64,000 nt of DNA, from the NCBI GenBank assembly GCA_001919865.1, contig MNIR01000083.1, positions 6,216 to 70,215 on the forward strand, read 5' to 3'. Under the pieces are notes generated by a model, which was not told where the DNA came from, ran no database searches, and saw nothing but the letters and a program-made list of their open reading frames with translations. Made by a program: the position numbers and the translations under genes. Positions 34,552 to 42,468 of this stretch are shown here, in pieces; the stretch's first letter is position 1; each line of letters starts with the position of its first letter. The stretch is from Gemmatimonadetes bacterium 13_1_20CM_4_69_16 (GTDB taxonomy: Bacteria; Gemmatimonadota; Gemmatimonadetes; Gemmatimonadales; GWC2-71-9).

Positions 34552-34819
34552 CGGCGGCTTGCTCCTGCGACGCGCGCGGCGCCATGTGATGGGAGAGGAG
34601 GTGCGGCACGCGTCGCATGAACCGCACCCACATCGCGAGGGCTGCGAACCCGAACGATGCCGCGCCCAGTCCCGCCACCGCGAGCATGGTGAGCGGCTGA
34701 GCGAAGCGGGTGCCGACCAGCGCGCCCACCCACAACCCGGCGTACGCGGCGCCCCACGCCAGCAGTGGGGTAACCAGCCAACCGAGGACGACGAGCAGAT
34801 GCGCAAGCCAACGAGGCAT
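34535..34819 (-). CDS. small integral membrane protein
   Basis: 94-aa track ORF with three hydrophobic segments. No family recognised. Confidence 0.35.
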   Translation of the reverse strand: MPRWLAHLLVVLGWLVTPLLAWGAAYAGLWVGALVGTRFAQPLTMLAVAGLGAASFGFAALAMWVRFMRRVPHLLSHHMAPRASQEQAAVAAAD

Positions 34820-34846
34820 GACGCCGCCTGCCGTCCGTCCCCCGCC

Positions 34847-35461
34847 CTACCGCTTGCGGGCGAGCGCGACCACGGCCGATACGGCCAGCGTGATCGTAAA
34901 GCCCGCGCCGGTCGCAACGGGCAGAGCGACGTGGAGCCCGGCCAGCCGCCCGATGAGCACCAGCACGACGATGCTCCCAAGCGCGGGAGTCGCGCTGCGG
35001 ACCAGCGTGGGCTCGCCCCGAGCCGCCTGGTCGGCCGTGACGATTGCCCCTGTCCAGGCAAGCAACGTTCCTAGCATCCACCAAATCGGCAGGTACCACC
35101 AGGTGCTGCCGCCGCCCACGGCGTCCCAGGTCCAGGGGTAGGCCTTGAGCGGTCGCAGTGCGATGATGTCCACTGCCATGAAGACGACCGTGCCCCACAG
35201 CCCCATCGCAGCGGCGCCCGCGAGGCCCTCGCCGTGGCGCGCCGCAGTCATCCGGCCGGGGAGGAAGCTCACCGCCACGCCGGTCGCGAGCACGATCAAC
35301 GCCTCGAGCAGTTGTTGTGGCAGGACCGCTGTGACCTGCCGGGACACGACGAGGAACGCGACGACCCCGGCCGCGGTGATTAGGCCTATCTCCGTGCCGC
35401 CCACCATCACGGTGCGGAAGTCCGAGCGGTCCGATGTCGCGGGTGTGGCTGTGGCCGACAT
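34847..35461 (-). CDS. integral membrane protein, unknown function
   Basis: 204-aa track ORF with about six hydrophobic segments and a Trp-rich loop STWWYLPIWWML. Confidence 0.5.
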   Translation of the reverse strand: MSATATPATSDRSDFRTVMVGGTEIGLITAAGVVAFLVVSRQVTAVLPQQLLEALIVLATGVAVSFLPGRMTAARHGEGLAGAAAMGLWGTVVFMAVDIIALRPLKAYPWTWDAVGGGSTWWYLPIWWMLGTLLAWTGAIVTADQAARGEPTLVRSATPALGSIVVLVLIGRLAGLHVALPVATGAGFTITLAVSAVVALARKR

Positions 35462-35521
35462 GCGCCCCCCCGTCCCTTTGTGAAGGAGTCAGTTGACCCC
35501 GCCAAATCTAAACTTGCCGTC

Positions 35522-36454
35522 TCACCGGGCAAACACCGCGAGCACCGTGAGATCCGTCACCGCCCAGGCCGCCAAGGCTCGGTACATCGCCCGCTGATGC
35601 TGGGCCGGGGCCCACGCAACGTGATGTGCGTACCAGGGCACCAGCACGCCCAGCCACAGCGCCAGCGGTACGCCGAGCGCCCCGGCCCACGCCCCCACAC
35701 CCAACACCGCTCCGGCCCAGAGGAACAGCGCGAACGCCGCGAGGATGCACGCGATCGCCAGTCCGAGGCTCGTGCGCATGCCAAGGATCAGCGCCAGCGT
35801 CCGGTCACCGCGCCGGCGGTCCTCATCGAATTGATACAGCTGAGTGAGGGGATAGAGCCCTGCGAACAGGGGGCAGAACGCGAGCAGGATGAGGGCGTGG
35901 CCCAGGTCGAGCGGCCGGCCGGTCGCGGCCCACGTCGCGAACGGCGTGAACGTCCCGAACCCCACCATGTTGATCAGCCAGTCCACGCCGGCCACCGCCT
36001 TGAACCGAAACGGTGGCACGGAATACAGCAATGACATGGCGAAGCAGGCGGCGTACGCGATGCGAAACGGAGCGGGCAGCGTGAACGCGAGCACCTGGCC
36101 GCCTGCGAGCAGCGCGGCGCTGAACGCCAGCAGATGCTTCGGAATGGGCGGGGGCGCGATCAAATAGCCGATGTCGCCCTCGTCCTTGTCGAACACGCTG
36201 TTGATCGCGAGCGTGCCGCCGTTCAAACAGATCACCCAAATCGCGAGGGCGGCCAGCGCCGCGGGCAACTGCTCCCCGCTCCCGGCTCCCTTGAGGCCCA
36301 CCGCCAAGAGGTAGCCCAAGGCCGTGTGCCCCGCCATGATGGGCCACTCGGCCGGGCGGAGGTGGAGGATGTAGGAGAAGGTATCGCCCGGCAGCAGCCG
36401 ATAGCCCCAACGCCGCCACGCGGTGCGCGCCCGGTGCGGCGCCTCCGCTACCAC
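35522..36454 (-). CDS. UbiA-family prenyltransferase
   Basis: Track ORF 35522..37114 trimmed to the GTG at 36454, which overlaps the coaX stop. Polytopic. Asp-rich motifs NSVFDKDEGD and YQFDEDRRRGDRTL. Confidence 0.65.
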   Translation of the reverse strand: MVAEAPHRARTAWRRWGYRLLPGDTFSYILHLRPAEWPIMAGHTALGYLLAVGLKGAGSGEQLPAALAALAIWVICLNGGTLAINSVFDKDEGDIGYLIAPPPIPKHLLAFSAALLAGGQVLAFTLPAPFRIAYAACFAMSLLYSVPPFRFKAVAGVDWLINMVGFGTFTPFATWAATGRPLDLGHALILLAFCPLFAGLYPLTQLYQFDEDRRRGDRTLALILGMRTSLGLAIACILAAFALFLWAGAVLGVGAWAGALGVPLALWLGVLVPWYAHHVAWAPAQHQRAMYRALAAWAVTDLTVLAVFAR

Positions 36455-37227
36455 TGCAGACCGAGCGCGGTCGCCGCCAGGCGGAGCCCGGTGAGGGTGA
36501 GATCGGGGTGGACCGCCTCGATCTCGCGCGCCAGCGGCGCGACGAGGCTCGCGAGACCGCCGGTCGCGATCACGTGGGGCGCCTTGCCGTTGGGCCACTC
36601 GGCTTTGATGCGGCGCACCAGCCCGTCCACCGCCTCGGCTGCGCCGAGCAGGACTCCCGAGCGGATGCAGTCCTCCGTACGCCGCCCGATCACGCGCTCG
36701 GGCGGCGTCAGCTCGGTCGCCGGAAGCTTGGCGGTGTTGCGGATGAGGGCGTCGGACGCGGTGCGAACCCCGGGCATGATCACCCCTCCGATGAAGCGGC
36801 CGTCGCCCGTGATGCAGTCGAACGTCGTGGCGGTACCGAAATCCACGACGATGGTGTCGCGCCGGAACAGGTGCGACGCGGCGAGGGTGTTGAGGATCCG
36901 GTCCGCACCCACCGTGAGCGGCTCGTCCACGTCCAGGGTGAGGGGCAGCTTCGAGCGACCGTCGACGATCACCGGAGGCACCGTCGTGGCAAGCTCCACC
37001 GCCTCGCACACCCCCTGCGTCACGGGCGGCACGACCGAGGCGACGATCGCCGCCCGCACTTCCTGGGTCGATCGTCCCGCCTGCAGCAGATACGCCGTGA
37101 ACGCCGCGGCCCACTCGTCCGGCGTGCGCGCCGGGGCCGTCGTGAGCCGCCAGTGGGCTTCCAGGCTGTCGCCGCGGAACAGCCCGACTTTGGTTTCCGT
37201 GTTGTTGATGTTGATGGCGAGCAGCAT
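36448..37227 (-). CDS. coaX: type III pantothenate kinase
   Basis: Track ORF 36448..37266. The likely start is the ATG at 37227, giving MLLAININNTETKVGLF (the DxGNT-type motif). Also GTATTFD and ATGGLA. Confidence 0.85.
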   Translation of the reverse strand: MLLAININNTETKVGLFRGDSLEAHWRLTTAPARTPDEWAAAFTAYLLQAGRSTQEVRAAIVASVVPPVTQGVCEAVELATTVPPVIVDGRSKLPLTLDVDEPLTVGADRILNTLAASHLFRRDTIVVDFGTATTFDCITGDGRFIGGVIMPGVRTASDALIRNTAKLPATELTPPERVIGRRTEDCIRSGVLLGAAEAVDGLVRRIKAEWPNGKAPHVIATGGLASLVAPLAREIEAVHPDLTLTGLRLAATALGLQW

Positions 37228-37234
37228 GCGCCGG

Positions 37235-38158
37235 CTAAGATAGGCCGGAGGACTCACGGTCGCCACGCCGGTACACCATCCAGCCGAACGTGACCGCCAG
37301 TGCGGCGGTGCTGACGAGGGCGAGCACGCCCGCGAGCCCGGCGCGACCCGCGGCGATCGGCGCGCCGCCCAGCGCCTTGAGGGGGGCGTTGTGCAAGCCG
37401 TGGTACAACGCCGCGACGGTGAGCGAGCCCGACAGCACGTAGATGCACCCGGCGACGAACCCTCCCAGGGCGGTGCCGAGGAAGGTCCCCAACGGCGCGC
37501 CGCCGTATGCTGGCTGCACCGCGTGCCACAGCCCGAACGCGACGGCCATGAGCACCAGCGCGCTCAGCCGCGCCGACTCTGGCGGTCCGAGGAGAGCGCG
37601 CCGGAACGCAAGCTCTTCGGTGACGAGCGCCACGGTCGTGTCGGCGATCAAGAAGAAAACGAACGGCGCGACGAACCCCGACGGAGCGGACGGCCGCAGC
37701 AGCGCGATGACCGCCGCCTCCGGCAGGAGCGCCGCACCCGCTGCCGCCGCGTACCAATGCCACAGCGTACGCTGGCGCGTGGTGGCGACGGCGGCGCCCC
37801 ACGCCGCGGCGCCGGCCAGCAGCGCGACCGAGGCCGCGCGGTCGTCGTGCCAGACAGCGGCGAGTCGCGCCGCATTGTCGTCGAACAGCAGTCCGGCGGC
37901 GCACACCGCGCCGACCGCGAAGCCGCGCGCCACGTCGGGCACCAAACGCGCCGACCGCGGCGGCCCCCAGCGGAACCCGAGTGGCAGACGGGCGGCGAGC
38001 AACGCCACGAGGGCGCACGCCCCCGCCGCGAGGGGAACCGCGGTCCCCCCCGCGAGACGCTGGACCAGGGGGAGACGCGGCAGGCCCCACGCCGTGATCA
38101 CGAGGGATGCGGCGAGCGCGATGCGCGCGCGGGCTGAAAGGTCAAGCGAGCTCGACAT
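37235..38158 (-). CDS. CPBP-family intramembrane metalloprotease (CAAX protease/Abi)
   Basis: 307-aa track ORF with motifs TEELAFRRAL, FGLWH and ALYHGLHN. Confidence 0.7.
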   Translation of the reverse strand: MSSSLDLSARARIALAASLVITAWGLPRLPLVQRLAGGTAVPLAAGACALVALLAARLPLGFRWGPPRSARLVPDVARGFAVGAVCAAGLLFDDNAARLAAVWHDDRAASVALLAGAAAWGAAVATTRQRTLWHWYAAAAGAALLPEAAVIALLRPSAPSGFVAPFVFFLIADTTVALVTEELAFRRALLGPPESARLSALVLMAVAFGLWHAVQPAYGGAPLGTFLGTALGGFVAGCIYVLSGSLTVAALYHGLHNAPLKALGGAPIAAGRAGLAGVLALVSTAALAVTFGWMVYRRGDRESSGLS

Positions 38159-38765
38159 GGCCCTCGCGCACCCCCTCCGAGAGCGCCGGCTCGAGCCCGC
38201 CGATCGAGACCAGCGCGGGGACGAGCCGGTCCAGCAGGTCCAGGCGGCGCACCTGTGGGAGGCGCTCCTTCAGGGCCATGGCGGGACGCCCCACGGCAGC
38301 CGGCACGGTGTTGCACACGTTGACACCGACGCCCACCGCGAGCCACTGCAGCCGATCTCCCTGCCAACGGCCCTCGCACAGAATGCCGGCGATCTTGCGG
38401 TCGTCGAGCAGCACGTCGTTGGGCCACTTGAGCCGCGTCCCCGGCGCGCCGAGCAGAGCGTCAACGGCGTCGGCGACGGCCAAGCCGGCCCGGATCGCCA
38501 CCGCTCCCACCACCGAATGCGCGGGCCGGAGCAGCAGGCCGAGCCAGACCCCTCCGACGGGCGAATGCCAGGTGCGGCCGTCGCGACCACGGCCGGCGGT
38601 CTGCTCTTCGGCAATCACGGCCGTTCCCGCGGGCGCGCCATGCGTGCCCAGGTCGTGGATCGCGTCCAGTGTCGAGCCGAGCCGGCGAAACAGCCCGCAC
38701 TGCGGCACGCTCCAGCGGGCGGCGAGCTCCGTCGCCGCCACGCCGTCGAGCGTCAGGCGCGCCAC
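38142..38765 (-). CDS. birA: biotin--[acetyl-CoA-carboxylase] ligase, short form
   Basis: Track ORF 38142..39527 trimmed to the GTG at 38765, overlapping the uppP end. LGSTLD, EEQTAGRGRDGRTWHSP, KWPNDVLL, GILCE, GVGVNV. Only about 57 residues follow the GVGVNV motif. Confidence 0.7.
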   Translation of the reverse strand: MARLTLDGVAATELAARWSVPQCGLFRRLGSTLDAIHDLGTHGAPAGTAVIAEEQTAGRGRDGRTWHSPVGGVWLGLLLRPAHSVVGAVAIRAGLAVADAVDALLGAPGTRLKWPNDVLLDDRKIAGILCEGRWQGDRLQWLAVGVGVNVCNTVPAAVGRPAMALKERLPQVRRLDLLDRLVPALVSIGGLEPALSEGVREGHVELA

Positions 38766-39535
38766 AAGCCGTAGGCGATCGTCAGCGCACCCACCGCCCA
38801 GTTGTACGGGGCGAAGCGGTAGAAGCGGCCCCGCTGCAACAGCGTCACGAGGAACCGGATCGACCAGATCCCGCTCGCGAACGCGACGAGGAAGCCGACG
38901 GCGAGCGGCACCGCGCCGACGGCCGCTACGCCTACGACCATGTGGCGGCTTTCGACCAACGCCGCCCCCGCAATGACGGGGATCGCGAGCAGGAAGCTGA
39001 ACTCGGCCGCCGGCACGGGTGCGAGCCCACCCCACAGCGCGGCACACACCGTGGAGCCGGAGCGTGAAACGCCGCGAAACACCGCGGCCACGGCCTGCGC
39101 GAACCCGATCCCGACTGCCGTCACGACCGTGGGCTCGGTGCGGCTGCCGGCGAGCCGTCTGGTGGACCAGTTCATGAACCCAGTGACGATGAACCCCGTG
39201 CCCACGAGCACGAGCGACGCAGCCGCTTCGACCTGGCGGTGAAATATCACGCCGATCACGCCCGCTGGTATCGTGGCGAGCGCCAGGAGCCCCGCCGTTC
39301 GCAGATCCGCCGGTCGCCCCGCCAGCACTCCACGGGCAATCGCCCACAGTCGCGCCCCATAGACCACGAGCACCGACCCGAGGGTGGCTACGTGCAGCGC
39401 GACTTCCACGAACACCCCTGGGGTATGGACGCCGGTCACCACCTCGAGCACTCGCAAGTGTCCCGAGCTCGACACCGGGAGGAACTCGGTGAGCCCCTGG
39501 ACCAGGCCGAGCACCACCGCCTGCCACAGGGTCAT
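38753..39535 (-). CDS. uppP: undecaprenyl-diphosphate phosphatase
   Basis: 260-aa track ORF. GLTEFLPVSSSGHL, SRSGSTV; polytopic. Confidence 0.9.
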   Translation of the reverse strand: MTLWQAVVLGLVQGLTEFLPVSSSGHLRVLEVVTGVHTPGVFVEVALHVATLGSVLVVYGARLWAIARGVLAGRPADLRTAGLLALATIPAGVIGVIFHRQVEAAASLVLVGTGFIVTGFMNWSTRRLAGSRTEPTVVTAVGIGFAQAVAAVFRGVSRSGSTVCAALWGGLAPVPAAEFSFLLAIPVIAGAALVESRHMVVGVAAVGAVPLAVGFLVAFASGIWSIRFLVTLLQRGRFYRFAPYNWAVGALTIAYGLWRA

Positions 39536-40356
39536 GCGACCCGCCCCGCCACCAGCGCGACCATGCCCACTATCATCGCTCCCTTGAGAAGTGAGCTGTT
39601 GCGACCCATTCGTCCCGTGATGAGCCGGCTCGCGACGAGCAGCACGGCGAGCTGCGCGAACACCGCGACGACGTAGTACGCCCCGCGGTAGCGCGCGGCG
39701 AACGGCAGCGCGAGACTGAGCGGCACGAACGCGAGTCCCAGCGCCGCGGCGACGAGCGCCGCCCCGCGCGACCCGATGGCGACGGGGAGGGTGCGGCGGC
39801 CGATCACGCGATCGCCCGGTTCATCGTCCACGTCCTTCACGATCTCGCGCATGAGATGGAGCCACGCGGCGAGCGTCCAGGGCACGAGCCCGCTCGCCGG
39901 CCGCCCGACCGCGAGCGCACCGTACAGGAGCGGCAGGCCGGCCACGAGCGCCACGGCCGCGTTCCCCGCGAATCCGCGACGCTTCAGTACGGGGGAATAC
40001 AGCATCATCACGCCAAGCGCGCCGAGCCCCACGAACAGCGCGGTGCCGCTGACCAGCGCCGCCGCGCCCAGCCCGACGAGCGTCCCGTCGACGACGCACA
40101 GGTCGGCCGTCCCGCGCGCGAGGCGACCGGCGGCGAGCGGCCGCCCGGAGGGACCGCGGTTCACGCGGTCGGCCGCGGCGTCCCAGATATCGTTCACCGC
40201 GTTTCCGGCGGCGCCGAATCCCACCGCCGCGACCGCCGCGAACAGCAGCAGCTTGGGGGTCGCGAGCGCGCCGAGCGCGATCCACCCCCCGGCAAGCACG
40301 CCGGCGGCAGCAACGAGGAGATTATGGGCGCGGATCAGCCGCAGGACGTCAATCAC
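39532..40356 (-). CDS. UbiA-family prenyltransferase, DGGGP-synthase-like
   Basis: 274-aa track ORF. NAVNDIWDAAADRVN....RPLAAG and KDVDDEPGDRVIGRRTLPV Asp-rich motifs. Confidence 0.65.
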   Translation of the reverse strand: MIDVLRLIRAHNLLVAAAGVLAGGWIALGALATPKLLLFAAVAAVGFGAAGNAVNDIWDAAADRVNRGPSGRPLAAGRLARGTADLCVVDGTLVGLGAAALVSGTALFVGLGALGVMMLYSPVLKRRGFAGNAAVALVAGLPLLYGALAVGRPASGLVPWTLAAWLHLMREIVKDVDDEPGDRVIGRRTLPVAIGSRGAALVAAALGLAFVPLSLALPFAARYRGAYYVVAVFAQLAVLLVASRLITGRMGRNSSLLKGAMIVGMVALVAGRVA

Positions 40357-41476
40357 CGAGCACGTCCCGATAAAGACCCTCGTAGCGGGGCACGACGCGC
40401 TCCGTGGAGAACTCGGCCGCCCGCGCTACGGCGGCCCGGCGCATGCGCTCGTGGGTCGTGGCATCCTTGAGCAGGGCCACGGCGCGCTCGACCATCTCGT
40501 CCACCCCGCCGACCGGCGCCAGATACCCCGTCTCGCCGTCCACCACCACCTCCGGGAGGCCGCCCTGGCGGGTCGCCACGACGGGGACTCCGCACGCCAT
40601 CGCCTCGAGCGCCGACAACCCGAACGACTCGCTCTCCGACGGCAGCAGGAACAGATCCCCACCTTGCAGCAGCTCGGCGACCCGGTCGACCTTGCCGAGG
40701 AAGCGCACGTCGGCACGCAGCTTCAACCGATGCACCTCCTGCTCGGCCAAGTCCCGCTCGGGCCCGTCACCCGCGAGGACGAGGGTCGCTGGGAGCGCGC
40801 GCCGCACTCCCGCGAACACCTTGATCACATCTGCGATCCGCTTGACCGGACGAAAGTTGGACACGTGGAGCAGGATCTTGTGGTCCGCCGGGGCCAGCGA
40901 GCGGCGGCACGAGCTGTCCGTCGGAGGGTGGAACTCGGCGGCCGAGACGAAGTTGGGAATTACGCGGACGTCGCATCCGGCGCACCCGAAGGCGCGATAG
41001 GTCTCGTCCCGGAGGTACTCCGACACCGCGGTCACGCGGTCGGACTGCTCGATCGAGAACTTGGTGATCGTGAAGTACGACGGGTCTTGGCCGACGAGCG
41101 TGATGTCGGTGCCGTGCAGCGTCGTCACGACTTTGAGGTCGCGCTCGCTCTTGAGCATCTGCTTGGCGAGCCACGCCGTCGCGGCGTGCGGGATCGCATA
41201 ATGTACGTGCATCAGCTGGAGCTCTTCGCGCAGGGCGACCTCGTGCTGCTTCACCGCCAGCGCCAGCGCGTAGGGGGACTGCTCGAACAGCGGATACTCG
41301 GCGGGAACCACTTCGTGGAAAGTGACGCGCTCGGCGAAGCCACCCCGCAGCCGAAACGGGCTGGCGTACGAAATGATGTGGACCTCGTGCCCCCGCCGGC
41401 CGAGCTCTAGCCCCAACTCGGTCGCGACCGCGCCGGAGCCGCCGTAGGTGGGGTAGCAGGTGATGCCGATGCGCAC
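40349..41476 (-). CDS. bshA: GT4 glycosyltransferase, BshA-like (N-acetyl-alpha-D-glucosaminyl L-malate synthase)
   Basis: 375-aa track ORF. The N-terminus MRIGITCYPTYGGSGAVATELGLELGRRGHEVHIISY closely mirrors Bacillus BshA. C-terminal E-x7-E region FGLSALEAMACGVPVV. Confidence 0.7.
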   Translation of the reverse strand: MRIGITCYPTYGGSGAVATELGLELGRRGHEVHIISYASPFRLRGGFAERVTFHEVVPAEYPLFEQSPYALALAVKQHEVALREELQLMHVHYAIPHAATAWLAKQMLKSERDLKVVTTLHGTDITLVGQDPSYFTITKFSIEQSDRVTAVSEYLRDETYRAFGCAGCDVRVIPNFVSAAEFHPPTDSSCRRSLAPADHKILLHVSNFRPVKRIADVIKVFAGVRRALPATLVLAGDGPERDLAEQEVHRLKLRADVRFLGKVDRVAELLQGGDLFLLPSESESFGLSALEAMACGVPVVATRQGGLPEVVVDGETGYLAPVGGVDEMVERAVALLKDATTHERMRRAAVARAAEFSTERVVPRYEGLYRDVLGD

Positions 41477-41484
41477 GGGAGATT

Positions 41485-41621
41485 GTCAGACGTCAGACAT
41501 CAGACGTCAGACTGAACCGAACGCCACCGGGCTGCGATGGTCGCAGCCAGTCCCTCAGCGGGCTCCGTCGCATCGAGTGTCCACACTTCATCTGCCTGAC
41601 GTCTGACGTCTGATGTCTGAC
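41485..41621. repeat. inverted arrays of tandem heptamers at the miaA 3' end
   Basis: GTCAGAC GTCAGAC ATCAGAC GTCAGAC (41485-41512) and GCCTGAC GTCTGAC GTCTGAT GTCTGAC (41594-41621), separated by an 81-nt spacer. Confidence 0.8.
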
Positions 41622-42468
41622 CGCGCAGTTGATTTCGAAACCACGTCTCCTGTCGCTTCGCGTAGCGTCGCGTGGCGGCCAGGACGGCATCCCGCAGGTC
41701 GCGCTCGGCGAGCCGACCTTGCAACATCGCGACCACTTCACGGTATCCTACGCCGTCCAGCCCTGGGGCGTGCGGCGCTACTCCGTCGGCCAGCACGCCG
41801 CGCACCTCCTCTATCAGTCCCCCATCCAGCATGCGATCCACGCGCTGGGCAATGCGCCGCTGCAGCGCGTCGCGCGGCAGCGTGAGATGAATGTACCACG
41901 GCCGCATCACCCCGCTCTCGCGTGCTTCCCGCTGCCACCACGACAGCGACCGGCCCGTGAGCAGCGCCACCTCGATCGCGCGAGCGGCGCGCTGGCGGCC
42001 CCCGCCCGCGAAGCGTCGGTCCAGTCGCGCCGCCCAATGGGCGAGCGGGGCCGCGCCGAGCAACCCGGCCCAGGCGCGGAGCCGCTCGCGGCGCGCGTAA
42101 TCGAGCGGCGGCTCGCGGAACAGACCTTCGGCCAAGGCGCGGATGTAGAACCCGGTTCCCCCGACCACCACGGGCTCGCGCCCCTCCGCGCGCACCCTGG
42201 CGAGCCACCCGCTCGCGTCGCGAGCGAACCGTCCGGCGCTGTAGCGCTCCCCCGGGTCGATCAAGTCGATCCCGAGATGCGGCACCCGGGTGAGCTGGGC
42301 CGGTTCGGGTTTCGCGGTGCCGATATTGAGCCGCCGGTACACCTGACGGGCGTCCGCGCCGATGACGGAGATGGGCTCGAGCGCTGCCCAGGCGACCGCG
42401 ACGGCGGTCTTACCGACGCCCGTAGGGCCGACGAGAACGGGGACCAGGGGGCGGTCAGCTCCGCCCAA
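41500..42468 (-). CDS. miaA: tRNA dimethylallyltransferase
   Basis: 322-aa track ORF. GPTGVGKTAVA, IVGGTGFY, RRYAKRQETWFRN. Confidence 0.85.
   Translation of the reverse strand: MGGADRPLVPVLVGPTGVGKTAVAVAWAALEPISVIGADARQVYRRLNIGTAKPEPAQLTRVPHLGIDLIDPGERYSAGRFARDASGWLARVRAEGREPVVVGGTGFYIRALAEGLFREPPLDYARRERLRAWAGLLGAAPLAHWAARLDRRFAGGGRQRAARAIEVALLTGRSLSWWQREARESGVMRPWYIHLTLPRDALQRRIAQRVDRMLDGGLIEEVRGVLADGVAPHAPGLDGVGYREVVAMLQGRLAERDLRDAVLAATRRYAKRQETWFRNQLRGQTSDVRRQADEVWTLDATEPAEGLAATIAARWRSVQSDV

Noticed and set aside
41485-41621. Whether the tandem heptamer/octamer arrays are CRISPR arrays or another kind of repeat-spacer locus
   Set aside because: The units are only 7-8 nt, directly abutting with no spacers. 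There are only 3-5 per arm, they are arranged as inverted arms, and they partly lie inside ORFs. There are no cas genes in the window.
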